From Octopus sinensis (taxonomy: Eukaryota), in the NCBI RefSeq assembly GCF_006345805.1, contig NC_042997.1, forward strand, positions 120,342,001 to 120,406,000: a stretch of DNA of 64,000 nucleotides, in the 5' to 3' direction. How positions within the stretch are numbered: the stretch's first letter is position 1; the number at the start of each line of letters is the position of its first letter. The notes under the pieces are model-generated. The model did no database searches. It saw nothing but the letters and a program-made list of their open reading frames with translations, and was not told the DNA's origin. Positions 12,344 through 25,891 of this stretch are shown here, piece by piece. Both the position numbers and the translations under genes were made by a program.

Positions 12344-12443
12344 CTGCAAATAAATAAGAGAATAAAAAATCGCGTACTTGTGTATATTTAACAATTCTTT
12401 CCTTCCTTTGGAAACTACCGACTTTCTACCAAAAATTTGAAAA

Positions 12444-12784
12444 GGCGCAGATGTGGCTGTGTGGTAAAAAAATTTGCTTCCGAGGCACATGGTTTCGGGT
12501 TCAGTCCTACTGCGTAGAATCTTAGGGAAATGTCTTTTAATATAGTATCGAGACAACTAAAGCCTTGTAAGTGAATTTGGTAGTATGTGTTTCTCGTGAG
12601 TCATTGCTTGTCAACCGCTTTTGGTGTCTTTACGTCCGCAAAAACCTCTGCTAAAATAAGTACAAGGCTTTACAAAAAAAGTAATACATATTAGTCTGTT
12701 CGTTCGACTAAAATTCTTGAAGGCGTTTCCCAGGCATGGCCCTCCCTAGTCTCTTGAGTGAAACAAGAAAAAGATAAAAGATAA
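12444..12784 (+). mobile_element. SINE family B, degraded copy
   Basis: Aligns along its length to 1391-1796. Confidence 0.75.
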
Positions 12785-15629
12785 GAAATTCTATTGATTA
12801 TGTGTCAAAGATGGCGTACTGGTTGAATCATTAAGCCGTTGGATTTCATTCTAGTATTTGTTACAGGCCTTTATGTTATGAATAAGTTGCTGCCAAATTC
12901 ACAAGGTCTTTAAAAAAAAAGGTACCGATCATGTAGTGAGGTTCGATTTAATTGGCAAAGTTCTTCCCGGCAAAACTATCGACCATATAATTCAGTTAGA
13001 AACAATTATTGATTAGGTTTCAGAAGGAACAATCTAAGGAAAATGTTCCGCAGCATCTTTTCTTGTTCTGAGTACAATTTCTTGAAATGTCACCTTTGCT
13101 CTTCATCCTCTGGACGGGAAGCAAAATATACCGTTCTAGTCAAATACTGGCGCACCTCCTCACTTATATTCCCTCAAAGTTGTTGTCTGTGTACGTAGAT
13201 AAGAAATTATTACTTATTAGTGTTTAATGAGAGTGTTGGATAGGCAGAATCGTTAATATGTCGGAAAAACACATTGTGGTATTTAATTCTGATTCTTTAG
13301 AGATTGGGTCATATATCTTTTTGTTCAACTTCGCATTTTATCTCTCCAAGATGGTTAAAAGTAAGGACTAGTGCGAATGTATGGTGATAACTAAACATGA
13401 AACTGCTGATTTGTGCATAAATCAGAAACCAATATGAGGAGTTGTCTCAAGGCGGTGAGCAAGCAGAATCGCTGGTATGCCGTGGAAAATGCTTAGCGGC
13501 ATTTCGACCGTTTTTACGTCAGGAGTTCATATTTTGCCGAAGTCGACTTTGCCTTACATTCTCTCGGCGTCGAGAGTCGATGTGTCAAAATTTGAAACCA
13601 ATATTAGTTGTGTCTCAATGAGGGCTGTAGATTCGCAGCATCGTGAGATCATTGAAGAAAATATCTACTTCCTTATTTCGTTCGGCTTTTTACGTTTTAG
13701 GTCCAGATCCGGTTAAGGGAAACCGTGCCATTTATCTCGGAGGGATTGAGAATATTGTAAATGACTATTTTCCGCCATCGAATTTATGGTATTGTGCTTA
13801 TGTCAAACATAAATATGTTCTGATGAAGTTGGAAGAATGAAGTAAAACGCAAGTTTTCATTGGGAAAATGTTTCAGACATCATTTCGTTAGTGCTATTGG
13901 TGATTTAAGTTGTAAAACTTCCAATAGGAAGAGAATTCACTGCCGTTAATATTTATCTTCTGGATATATATAATGCCCGAAATTTTTCAGAAATATAAAA
14001 TAGGTATAAAATGCGGGGGTAGATTTAATTTTCATTGAACAAATTAGAGAGGATTGCTCATCAAGTGTTTTATGCTTATAACTTATTGAGACTGAATTTC
14101 TATTTCAGCCACAAGAGTTCCAGACCACTGAAATATTGAAGCAAGTTATACACGTGTACATTCAAACATACTTGCACACAAACATAAGTAAGTAGATACT
14201 TACATACCAGTAAGTTCCTAAATGGCAACCTGGATATGATGAGCCTTTCCGAAAAAGAAATCAGCCATCTAACTCGCATATTACAAAGACAATCTGTAAG
14301 AGGAACAGTTGAAATATATACATTTCTCGGGTTTAAATTGAGTTTGCTTTTGTTATTTACATTCCAATTATGATGCTCCGCATATTTGTTAGAAACCGGC
14401 CCTTCAATTAATTAAAAAAAAGACAGAAGAGAAGTAAACATGCATACTTACATACCTGCTTACATACATACATACATACTTGCATACATACAAATTGTTG
14501 CACTTGTGCTTCTGAATATTTACTTAACTGATAGTCTAGATAATCTTAGATTTTCAGGAAAAATAACTCACGCATTACAAATACAATTTCTAAGTGGAAA
14601 AGTAAAAGTCTGCAAGACTTTCCCCAAATTTTATACGTGACATTGTTTTCGTTATCTACAATCCAGCGATGGAGCTTTGTATCTTCTTTAGAAACCAGCT
14701 CCTTCCTCGGAAGCATTCAAATAATCAGAAACAGAAAAGAGATATTCATATGCTCTTAAAGCAGACATATATGCGTACATCCATCCATCCATCCATCCAT
14801 CCATACATCCATCCATACATACATAATACACACCTACATACATACAACTGCGGTGTGGTTGTGAACTTTGAACGACATTATACCGAAGTTATTTTCTAAA
14901 CCTCTCTTCAGCTTCTGCATTCTGTTGAATAAAAGAAATAAGTATATAAATAAACACAATATTAAATAGAAATTTAAATATATATTTTGAGAATAAAATA
15001 GAGAAAATTGTTAAATAAAATATGACATTGCATAAGAAATAAATAAGATTAGATGAAAACTTTAGTAAAACCATAAAACAAAGAGTGTCAGATTAAGAGC
15101 TTATTTAATATAAATACGGTTAGCATTGCTAAGTCATGCCTGAAGCATATATGGCATACCTGAATGAAATGTCATCAACAATTTTATATTAAAGACGAAA
15201 GAAGAGATTGCATTTTTACATAACTTTAGCAGATTGTTAAAATAAATGTTTAGTTCTGCATGTGAGTATACGTGCCCGCGTGAATGTCTGCACAAGAGGT
15301 GTTAGAGAGAAAGAGAGAATTTGTGAATGTATGTGCATGTGAGAGTGTGTGAAGGGTTTTTGTGCGTGCAGAAAGAGTAAGAAAGCATTAATATGAAGGG
15401 CAACGTATTAACATTCTATAATGAAAATGTTGCTCCTACCAAGAATTTAATTGTTCTTAAATTATATAGCATACATACGCTTAGTGAAACACATATGTAC
15501 ACATACATACAAATACATGTGTCAGATTAGGCAAACAAGTATTCAGGGGGATTATGAATAAATATGAATACGCGAAACATAATTATGCATATATGCGTAT
15601 AATTATATATGACAAGTATATACACATGC

Positions 15630-15900
15630 ATGCATAAATATGCCTATGAGGAAAATATTTCGGCAAAATGTAGTATATGTGGAATATGGAACGAAACAAT
15701 GCTTAAGTTGACCCAAGTGGAGACATGTTTAATTTGTGAAAATTTACATTGGAAGTCTTGTCAAAAGCGGGGAGGTCAAAGCAGGTTGTATGTAGTACAG
15801 TCATCGGGTAGAGAAAGTGCTTGAGTTGGAAGCATGCAAGATAATGTGGGATTGTTCCTATTCAAACAGATAAGAAGATGGAACATAGCAAAATATATAT
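15630..15900 (+). mobile_element. R4/Dong-type LINE fragment (CCHC-knuckle / REL region)
   Basis: Decayed CSICG..NET, NLHWKSCQK, EKVLELEACKIMWDCSIQTDKKMEH, matching the same region of the 19-22.5 kb element. Confidence 0.6.
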
Positions 15901-16019
15901 CAACGTAACAGACAAGGGAAATCGCAATTGCTTACTGGTGTATCCACCATGACCATGAAGTACTAGGATTGTGTAGATTTGGAACATGAAATTTGTAAAA
16001 ATTGTACGTGTACCCGCCC

Positions 16020-16400
16020 CAGTTCCTGTCCTCCAATATATAGGCACACTCTTAGAGTAGGGCCATTCATTCTAATCATTTTTGCCGCAGTCACACATCT
16101 TTCCACAAATTCACAGGCCTTTAGCGCTTCCTACTCCACCTTCACTGTCTTTTTAAAGTTGAACTTTAAAAAGTTGATGAGGGCTTGACCGAAGAGGAAG
16201 GAGTCTTTCCTTGATCCTTTCATCCTCGTCCACCATTCAACCTCTTTTGTCATAACCACTAGGTAGAGGAAACGTTTGCCATGCCTTGTTAAAGAAGAGT
16301 GGTGGGGCGATCCTCACGGTGGAAATGGCATATGGTCGGATTCGTTCTACACAGGACAATAGCCAACAACTATTACATCTTAGGTAAATAACTTACTTGT
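16020..16400 (-). mobile_element. Possible Tx1/L1-like LINE 3' fragment
   Basis: Decayed minus-strand frame KEVEWWTRMKG..SFLFGQALINFLKF.FKKTVKVE..ALKACEFVER resembles Tx1-type ORF2 C-termini. Confidence 0.35.
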
Positions 16401-16699
16401 TATTAAGAATAACTGGTCCGAGAAATCTTTGTTACTACCTTGTAGTTTATCCTCTCTGACGTCTAGAGTTACTCCAAGAACGTTCCCGCTATATCTTTTT
16501 TGTTTTTGAAATTTATTTGCCCTTCTATTAAAAAAAATCTCTCTGAAGGGGGTTTAGTTATTTCCAGATCATACGTGTTCATATATTCATGTAACTAGTG
16601 TATAAATAATGACTTGCCCTTCCTTTTTTCTCTATCCTGTATTTCAGTATTTGCACTGCCATTCCTTTTGTCACCCCTGCCGGGGTTCAGTGTTGTATA

Positions 16700-17450
16700 T
16701 ATTTAGTAATGAATAAGTGTATCTTAATGTACTTCGTTTTGAGATCCTCGCTAGACTTCCTGAATTCCATCTAATTGAAGATTATTCAAGTCATTATTTT
16801 AATCGTCTCATCAACTTTCTTTATTTCAACATTCATATTCTTTTGCCTTCAATAATTTTCCACTTTGCTTCAAATTTCCGTAACCCATCAGCTTTCCTGT
16901 TCTAATGAAGCCTTTTGCACACCACTTCTTTTTTGCACAAACTTCTTTGCTACATCAGAATTTGGAAAATCATTCTTTTGGTGTTCATTCTCAGACTTCA
17001 GCCGTTAGCACAATGACCTTCCATTGTTTTTAAATATCTTATTCAGCTGATATTACTTAAATTCTAAATTTTTTGTCTTCTAATACATCGGTAATTCGTC
17101 AAATCCTTTTCTTACAACCTGTATGCCTTATGTTATGCTTTCTGTTGAGCTACTTCCAATGACTGCTCTGTCACCGTTTTCTTTCTAGTTATATTATCTA
17201 AACTTCCAAGATAACTACCGAGCTGTCCAACGCCACTTCCAATTCTTCTATCGAGCTTTCCATTTCGTGTTTATGTTATATCATTTTGAATTTTACTCTC
17301 AAGAATTTCTACGGTAAAATAGGATGTGCAGTAAATGAAGTCGTTAACATCGGTTATTGCCTCAAATTTGATTTTCGCTGAAAGATTAGCCAGTATCTGT
17401 GCTTTACGAAGTATTTCATTTTCGATTCCTCTCCAACATAGCAATCTCAT
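16700..17450 (-). mobile_element. R4/Dong-type LINE N-terminal fragment, heavily decayed
   Basis: YQLNKIFKNN....RLKSE...PNSDVAKKF parallels the pre-RT region of the 19-22.5 kb element. Confidence 0.45.
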
Positions 17451-17879
17451 TCTCTTTTGGTTTTTTTTTTTCCTTTGCGCAGAGGTGGTCTCATTGTAAA
17501 TGAGGTTTATCAAAGGCGTAGTTATAGATTCCTGAAAACTATCATCATCATTGTCATCGCCACCGCCATTGTCATTATTACCTCCGCCTTATCGAAGGCG
17601 GAGTTATTGTTTGCAGTCGTGTTTGTTTGTGTACCATATATCTCAAGAACAGCTAGATGGATTGGAATGAAACTTTCAGGGACATTTGGCCTCGTGTCTG
17701 TGACTGGCACGGACTGATTAGATTTTGGGATCGATCCGGCTCTGGACAATGATTCTAGATAATTGTTCCTGTTTTTAATTAATTTTTGAGAGCGGTCGGT
17801 TTCATTTTAAGTATTCACGTTTGTGAAAGCAGTCGGTTTAATTTCGGATATTCTAATGTTAAAATTCATCTCTGGCCAT

Positions 17880-18031
17880 GGGCAGACTGAGAGTATTAAG
17901 GGCTCTGGGGCATAACTGTTTACCGGGCCCCATTCAATGTGTGTTTTAGTAGAGTTAACATGTAGTTTGCGGGCCCATCAGAGCTCCTGGCCCTCGGGCA
18001 GTGCCCAATTGACCGACGGCTCAGTCTACCT
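17880..18031. mobile_element. Small MITE-like element
   Basis: Imperfect 12-bp TIRs gggcagactgag / ctcagtctacct around GGGCCC-rich sequence; no clear TSD. Confidence 0.4.
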
Positions 18032-18109
18032 CAGTCTCTGGCTAATCGTTGAGAAGACGTTGGTGATGCTTTGGCGGAGGATTGTGCTCTTTGAGGGCTC
18101 TTGTTGTTG

Positions 18110-18139
18110 TTATTATTATTATCATTATTATTATTATTA

Positions 18140-18174
<35 letters not shown>

Positions 18175-18205
18175 TATTATTATTATTATTATTAATAATA
18201 ATATT
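18110..18205. repeat. (ATT)n microsatellite
   Basis: Direct reading of the sequence. Confidence 0.95.
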
Positions 18206-18952
18206 AAGTGATTCTAGTTTAGTTAAAATGTGTCACAAGTATTTCTAAAGGCAGATTTACTGCAGTTATCGTGGAGGAAAAAAGTCTCCCTTATGGTAAA
18301 AGGTGTAAAAGCACCATATCTGACCAGTGTCGCCGCTCTCGGGTTTCCAAACATTGCGTTTCTCGCTCTTTACTCGTTACCCACGGGAAATGCCAACGAC
18401 AGATAAGTCTGCAGATTTAAAACCCTAGACCACCACGTCGGATGAAAATTAGTAGTTTCAATGTCAAGCAGTGTTTAGACAAAAGCTGTATATTAGCTAA
18501 AGCTACGTCTTTAGATTTGCCCAGAGCTACTACTCTTTGTTATTTCCCGTAGATAATGAATAAAGAGCTAGGAATTTTGCATTTGGGAATCCGGTAGGGG
18601 TGACACCAGTAGATATGCTGTTTTTAAAACTTGTACTATACGAGATAATTTTTCTCTGCGGTACAGTGAATTTACATTTAGAATTTGAAATATATCACAA
18701 GCGTATTTTATCTGACCTAATGTTCGCTTATGCCTAAACGCTGCTTGGTGCTGATACTTCCAAATGATCCTTAGAATCGTTAGCATGCCGGGAAAATGCA
18801 TATGGGCATTTTGTCCATCTTTTCGTTCCCAGTTCAAAATCTGCAGAGGTCGCCTTTATCTTTCATCCTTTCCGGGTCAATAATCAAAGTCCGAGTCAAG
18901 TACTGGGGTTCGATGTCAACAACTCTCAGCTCTCCCCACAAATTCCAGGTCT

Positions 18953-21900
18953 TTAATAATATTATTATTATTATTTGATGAAAACTCTCACCTTCTTTTG
19001 CTAGGTATGATGGAATGTGTCAGCTGTCCACAGCCAGCAGACTACGGTGGCACTTGTTTATTGGTCATGCTTCAATAACCCTGCTAAGAATACTTACAGT
19101 TTCAATCAATGATAATTTTTGTAGGTATTCTATCTTTAGATTTGTACCATTCTTTTGGATCCATGTTGGCAAGTGAGTCCTGATACTTCCAAGTGCACCA
19201 ATTACTACTGGTATCACGTCTACTCTCCTCATTGACCAGAGCCTTCGTAATTTCCACTTCAACTAATAGCTGTTGTTCAGGTCTTCTTCTTTCTCTTTGA
19301 TCCTGCTATCACCAGGACATGTTATGTCGATTATCACACGAGTTCTTTCTTTTTTATTCACAACAATATCATCCGGTTTCCGACCTCTGCTCAGGTGATT
19401 TCAGTGAAAGATGGAATCCCAGAAAATTCTGCAATTTTTGTTTTCGGTGATTCCTTCTGGGGTTTTCTCATACCACATCTTTGCGCTTTGTAGGGCATGA
19501 TTTCCACAGAACACCCAGAGATCATTTTTGTCACATTGTCATGTCGTCTTCAGTATTCTCATCATGCGAATTTCAAGCATTTGCTACCGATGTGCTATAC
19601 CGTTTCTCCCCTCTCACCACACATTCTGCCTTTGTGGCTGTTGGTAGTGTTGTCGATTCTGGTCCTAAACGCTTGTTTTCGGCTGCGCCTATAAGTGCTT
19701 CTGTTCCTAACTTCAAGTCATTCCTCCTCAACCATAACCACCTGTTTTTTGTACCTGTCTTGGTGTTTGTATCGCTTGCAAGCTGACGGTATATTTTTCC
19801 TTTCATGCTGTTCCTATTCTTTATGTAATTTTCCTCTTTGAGATTTTCTTTCTTTTCACAATTTTCAATTTTGATGACACCGGACATCTTCACATGTTTC
19901 AACAATACTTCCACAGTATCTTTTGTATACCACACTAAGCTGTTTTCATCAGCTTCGATACAATCATAGCAGTTGATGAAACCTCCCTCACCCTTTTTAC
20001 TAGACAAGTACAGCTTATCGGTGCCACTCTTAGGGTGGAAGGTTCCGTGCACGGTCAATATTTTTCTTGTCTTCGTATCTATGTTCACCACATCTTTCAT
20101 TTTCCAGTTAATTATTCCACCTCCATACTGGAGTGACGCTAATGCCCATGCTTAGATTTTATTTTTAATCGGGTCAGTTTTGAGCGTAACCACAACCTTA
20201 GTAATCGGAAATATTCCATCCTAAGTTGTTCTATCATTTCTTCCAACATAATTTCGTTAACTTTTAGTATGTCAAGATGTTTATAGACTTCCTTTTCAAT
20301 TTGCTTAATCAATTCTCTATTAGGCATTCTATCCCTGCTAGGGACTATACCTGGCCTCTTTTCAAGTACACTATACCACATTTCTTGTATCCGAATTTCA
20401 TTCTAATATCAGTACTAAAACAGTGGACTGTGTTCATCAAAGAACTCACTCGTGCATCATGCTTGTCATACAGCTTCAAATCATCTGAGAAAAGAAGGCG
20501 GTTTATTGTTTGCGATTTTTCCATTGGGGGATATCCTAACTGCCAAGGGCAGGGGGGATCATGCAGAGAACAAACGGCATCGGAGATAGGCAATCACATT
20601 AAAATTCTCTCTTCTTATTCTCAAGCTGCCGAGGCATTGTTTGTAAGATATCAACTCAGTTCCTCTCCCCCAACCGCCACCAGCCTTCTCTTCAGAAATT
20701 CCATTACAATCCTCGCAATTCCAATTGTATCTTAGTACTCGATGATTCACGAATGTGGGATCATATCTTAAGTTTTGCGATAACCAAACCAGGCCATTCC
20801 CAAATTTGTCTTCATTCATTTATAATATTGTATTACCATTTTGTTAATCAATAACTGATCTTCGGTGCCTCTGCATCTCCTCGTACAACCTTTTTGTCTT
20901 GTTGTTAACATATCGTTCTCATCAAAGAATTTATAGTGTTCTTCTGCAATTCCACCTGACAGTAATTTCCAGATTAATTTTATGCAAGAAATTGGACTGC
21001 AATTGACGGCAACATTTCCTTTTAATACATTCTCTATAGGCAAGACTGTTCGTTCTTTGGTAAAAAAAACTCGGGATTTCTTCTCCATTCATCAATGCAT
21101 TAAATGGCTCTGCGATCAATTTATGACACCTATTGAACTGTTTTGTCCCAAATCCCAGCACACCATCAGGTCCTGCTACTTTCCAATTGTTTGTCTTTTT
21201 ACTCACATTTCTGTTACTATCTTCTGTGAAGTGGATAGTCTCTTGGAGAAGATAAGAAGCTGTCTGCTTCAGGCTGCAGAGCCATTCAGCTGCAGTATTA
21301 TGTTATTCTTGTTTACTCCATAACTTACACCAGAATTGTCGACTTTCATCAGTATCCGGAAGTAATATTTCATATTCTCTATCACCATTAATTTCTTGAT
21401 AAAATCTCTTTTGTTCGATTCTAAACAATTCGTTTTTGCCAGTATTTTTCAAACCCAGTTAGCATAGCTATTTTGGCATGTATACTCTGCTTCAATTCTT
21501 TTATTACCACATTCAGACATTTTGTATCTACACACTTCTTAAGTTTTTCAAATTTGCGATTATTCTTCAATTCTCCTTTACTATTCTCGACAAGTATCGA
21601 AACTATACTGTTCAGGAAGTTGATATCTTCTGAAATTCTCCTTTTCCACCCCGGTTGTTTATTTCCTCTTCTATCCTTCGATGTTCTTTTCTCAATAGTT
21701 CTCAACCACACCATTTCTGCCACAATCCTACTTGCATCCTTGATGAGTTTATTTATTTGTGTGATGATCTCCTTTGTTTCAACGTGTCTCAAATCATTAT
21801 TGACTTTACTTGTCTCTTTATTTACTCTCCATTCTTAAAGTCTCATATAAATTCCGTCTCTTCTTTATTTAATAGATCCAAAATCCTGCTTATGATTATT

Positions 21901-22510
21901 TGGCCATCATTGTTAAAATCGTCAAAGATCTCGATTCTTTCATGATTCATGGTAGTATATTTCTCCAGACAATTGTCCATCGCATCCACTATACATCTTT
22001 CGTTTCGTGCATTCCCGGCATCACCTGATATCCTTATCTTAATATCTTCTATCTCCAGTTCTTTTAACCATCCATTCTTTCGTATTGCTCTTGCATTTTC
22101 ACATAATCTCTGTTCAGTAATTTCAAACAGATCCATTGTATTTCATTCTCTGTGCATTGATTTTCTGAATGGCACGCCACTTGCATCCACTGGGATGCTC
22201 CGGTGGTAACGCTCCATAACCATCATGTCGAATTGTTTACTTCACTTATCTCTCGCACCCTGGCTAGGAATGCATGTATTACGACCGGTCCTACCCTGCC
22301 GTACAGAGTGTCACCCGTTGGATGCAGCCCCTTCATTATAAGTTTCATTCCCGTTTGCACTGTTATCGTTAGCTATTTTGCTTAGCATTTTCTTTCACGA
22401 ATGAGGTACGTTTTTATATTACCACTAATCGGTATATTTACCGAGACACCGTGGCAATCAACACTGCCCACCAAGGCCTTGCTGCCCTGGCTTTCGCATG
22501 TGTGTTAATG
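18953..22510 (-). mobile_element. Near full-length R4/Dong-clade non-LTR retrotransposon (RT plus restriction-like endonuclease), pseudogenised
   Basis: RT motifs NWKVAGPDGV, QKGCTRRCRGTEDQLLINK, SPMPFVLCMIP, LLFSDDLKLY, MKFGYKKC; CCHC knuckle; REL RKPDIVV..KKE...IIDITCPGD; C-terminus LRRLWSMRRVDVIPVVIGALG; (TAA)n tail at 18953-18975; many stops and frameshifts. Confidence 0.92.
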
Positions 22511-24157
22511 AAGAAGTACTTTTCAACATTAGTCGAATGGCTGATACAAAATTCACTTGTATTATTTAAATAATGTAGAAATAACTGTTGTTAAATGTTT
22601 ACGAGGAAATGTGTTACGTAGTATGCGTTGCTAAGATGTGTTTATTTTCTTTATACATACGGTATTTAATGTTTATTTTGTGTGCTTTTGGTTAGGCTAA
22701 ATTATCTGTTTCCATACTTCTGTTAGAGGTTAATTTATGCTTGAAGGCATACGGTTAGAAAAACATTCCAATATTTCATATAAACTGTCTATTATAAATC
22801 CTTCTGTAGCATGTCGCTCCTTCCATCTGGAAACTTATGGAAATAGGAAACTCTGACATATTTCTCTATTTGTTTTCGTTCAACAGTTTAGTCATATAAG
22901 AAGGACGTGTCTAAAATGTATTATGTTTCAAACTCCAATGCACTTGTCGTTCTGAATGGCAGCCAAAATGCATTAAAGAAAATCGAGAATCATTCACGAC
23001 AGACACGAATGCCCTGAACTTACGAATGAATCAGCATTTCTTTCACAACAGCGTCATGTTTATTTGAAGCTTTCACTTTCACTATATACTTGTGAACATT
23101 TATTTGCTGTTTACGTAAATATGCAAGATCTAACTCCCTAGTATGAAGTATTTATATTCATGATATTGTTTATGCTTTTCATTTAGCTTACTTCCAACTC
23201 AACTCTGTTTCGACAAACCTATCTCTATCAAGAAATGATTTGCGGAACTGATCCTTCTCTATTCATTCAGATTTTCCGATTTTTTTGTTTCAACTTTTTT
23301 TAACGGAAGCATGGTTTAACATATGTGAGTTTTGTCTGCAGTTGTACGTAGTCAATCAAATACATTTGTTATTATCATTGTTTAGCCACAGTCGACTCTG
23401 TTCGGAACGACATCGTATCGAAATCATTCTCAGCCGTAACATGTGTGAGATGCTAGAACTATATGGAAATACATTTCATCAATTACCTTTTATATGTCAG
23501 GAAACAGAGTGAAGAAGTGCCTTGGCCACTATTTCTAGAACAGACATTGAAAGCAGCGAAACGACTAGATGTTTTGGGTGTTGGCTGCTCTGATTCTCTG
23601 CGCTTCGAGATCCAATCTAATCATGGTTATTCCTACCTTTCATCATTCCGAGCTCAGTAGATAATAAACATTCCTATTGAGTAAAAAGGAAAACAAATAT
23701 GAAATCGATGAAAAATAAGAAAAGCACAAGGAATGGATGTTATATATTTTTGTTATATTTCAATTTTTAGTGATGCTTTTTAAACCTCTGTTTAATCCTA
23801 ACGCAGCTGACCTAATGATTAAAGGAAAGAAGCCCATCGGATTCTTTGCGATATTTGTTCCCGTTCTCTACGTTCTGAATCAAATTCAATATAGGAATAT
23901 GGAAAGAAAACAAAAAACACCAACACCAATACGCAAATACTAGCCAAAAAGATGGTGTTGTAGAGTGCAGAGAGTTGGTTCTTCTGATATGGATTCGCAA
24001 ACTGGGGAATACTGATAACAATAATCTCATTCGTTGGGTCAACAATGCAAGTAGTAACGTGCTTTAGGATATATCATTTGGTACATCGTATTAAAAATTT
24101 TCAACGTAAGTAGGTTAATGTATTCTAGAAATATAATTCATATATGCCACATATACG

Positions 24158-24890
24158 TACGAGGTGAGCTCAGAAATTATCCAGCTTTAGTTTTTTCCGG
24201 CCAAAACTAATGCTGCGTGACAAAATCCTTTTGGTGAGAGGTGATGCCATCTTTCCTGCGCATGCGTGAAAAATTTTCGCGCCGGCAGACAGGGTCAGTT
24301 TCAGGCTGTTACGCACAGTGTAAGGACATGTAGTGTGCGATCGTAAGGTCTTCGTTTTCACCGAACGCATTGAGCAGAAATTTTGCATAAAATTTTGCCA
24401 AAAGCTTGGTGATACACCCGTTCAAACGATCCAGAAGATTCAGCTGGCCTTTGACGATGATGACATGGGCAAAACTCAAATCAAGGTGTGTTACATCCAC
24501 TTCAAATATGGCCGCACCTTAGTGGAAAGCGACGCATATTTAGGCAGACTATCCAGAAATTGAAACGAGATGATTGAGAAGGTTCGGTGAATAACCATGG
24601 AAGACCGCCGTGTTACAATCCAAGAAATTGCTCACAAAGTGGGAATAAGCACAGGATTTGTGCGGGCGGAATGTATCGGCGAAATGCGCCTCCAACGTGC
24701 TGGTGGAGCAGCGGAATCAACTCCGCATGGAAATCGTTCAGGACATGTTGGACTGTGCAAACCAGGACTATGACTTCACGAAAACCATCATATTATTGGT
24801 GAAGACAAATGGGGATGTTATCTCTGCTCGAGGTATTCGGACATCTTCCACGAAAAAAAAATCCTTCGAGTGTCTACAACACGTCTGTAC
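24158..24890 (+). mobile_element. Mariner transposon, truncated
   Basis: TA|CGAGG TIR start. Transposase HTH region EQKFCIKFCQKLGDTPVQTIQKIQLAFDDD..GRTLVESD...EDRRVTIQEIAHKVGIS..VSAK, with frameshifts; no intact right TIR. Confidence 0.85.
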
Positions 24891-25573
24891 TCAAAGCACA
24901 GCAGCCAGGAATTGACGCAGCCTACCAGTAAAAAATATATTGTGATAGTTTTTGAACAAACCTCATAGATTTTCATTAGCGTTTATATCGGTGGTTGTAA
25001 AAATGACTAAGAGACGAATTCCTTTTATATATTAAAAGGGAAGTCCTTTCATTTCCTCGATTAAATTATTCATATCACGCAGCTGTTCCGAAATACTTTG
25101 CTTCCTATTTCTAGTCGAATAACTCACAGTACACAGCGAACAAAATCATGGCTGTCTAAATAAAAAGTATTATTGCTTTGATAGGATTCGGTATATGAAA
25201 AGTAACAAATAACTTCGCTATCAACAGCTTAGGACAAAGAACAGAAATTGTTGAAGCTGAAGCATTTACAAAAAACACGCACACTGCAACCTTCAAAATA
25301 GAGCAATGTTACGTCCACTGCATGAGTAATATAGTTAACTAAAGACGGGAACATTTATTCAATATTAGACGTCTAAATATCCGATGCCAAGAGTCACGCG
25401 AGACTGACGTGACATACGCATATGTATGCAGCTCTTGTCATTCTTGATACACAAAATAAAGTGAGTTAACAATTCGCTCGTACACAACATATTACTCAAC
25501 ATAATATTTTAATGCATAGCATAAAAAAGTATACTTGAGTTTATTTCAAAAAGATGTCCATTGCTAAAAGTAA

Positions 25574-25891
25574 GGAGCACTCCGTCAAATGCGGCGACGA
25601 GGGTCCCAGCTGATACGATCAACGGAACAGTTTGCCTGTGAAATTAACTTGTAAGTGGCTGAGCACTCCACAAATACGTGTACCCTTAACGTAGTTCTCG
25701 GGGAGATTCAGCGTGACACAGAGTGTGAGAAGGCCGGCCCTTTGAAATACAGGTACTACTCATTTTTGCCAGCTGAGTGGACTGGAGCAACGTGAAGTAA
25801 AGTTTCTTGCTCAAGGACACAACACGCCGCCGGCAATTGAACTCACAACATTACGATCATGAGCCGAATGCCCCTAACCACTAAGCCACGC
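25574..25891 (-). mobile_element. tRNA-derived SINE, family C, full length with 11-bp TSD
   Basis: Minus-strand head gcgtggcttagtggttaggg (A box) and gagttcaattgcc (B box); core cttgctcaaggacac; TSD GCTAAAAGTAA at 25563-25573 and 25892-25902. Confidence 0.88.

Noticed and set aside
22380-22520. HDV-like ribozyme at the 5' end of the R4 element
   Set aside because: Hairpins are present, but I could not build the nested double pseudoknot; this needs a descriptor search.
22750-23450. Possible hAT transposase remnant (RWKERH) on the minus strand
   Set aside because: Only one short motif in a stop-ridden frame; no TIR or TSD found.
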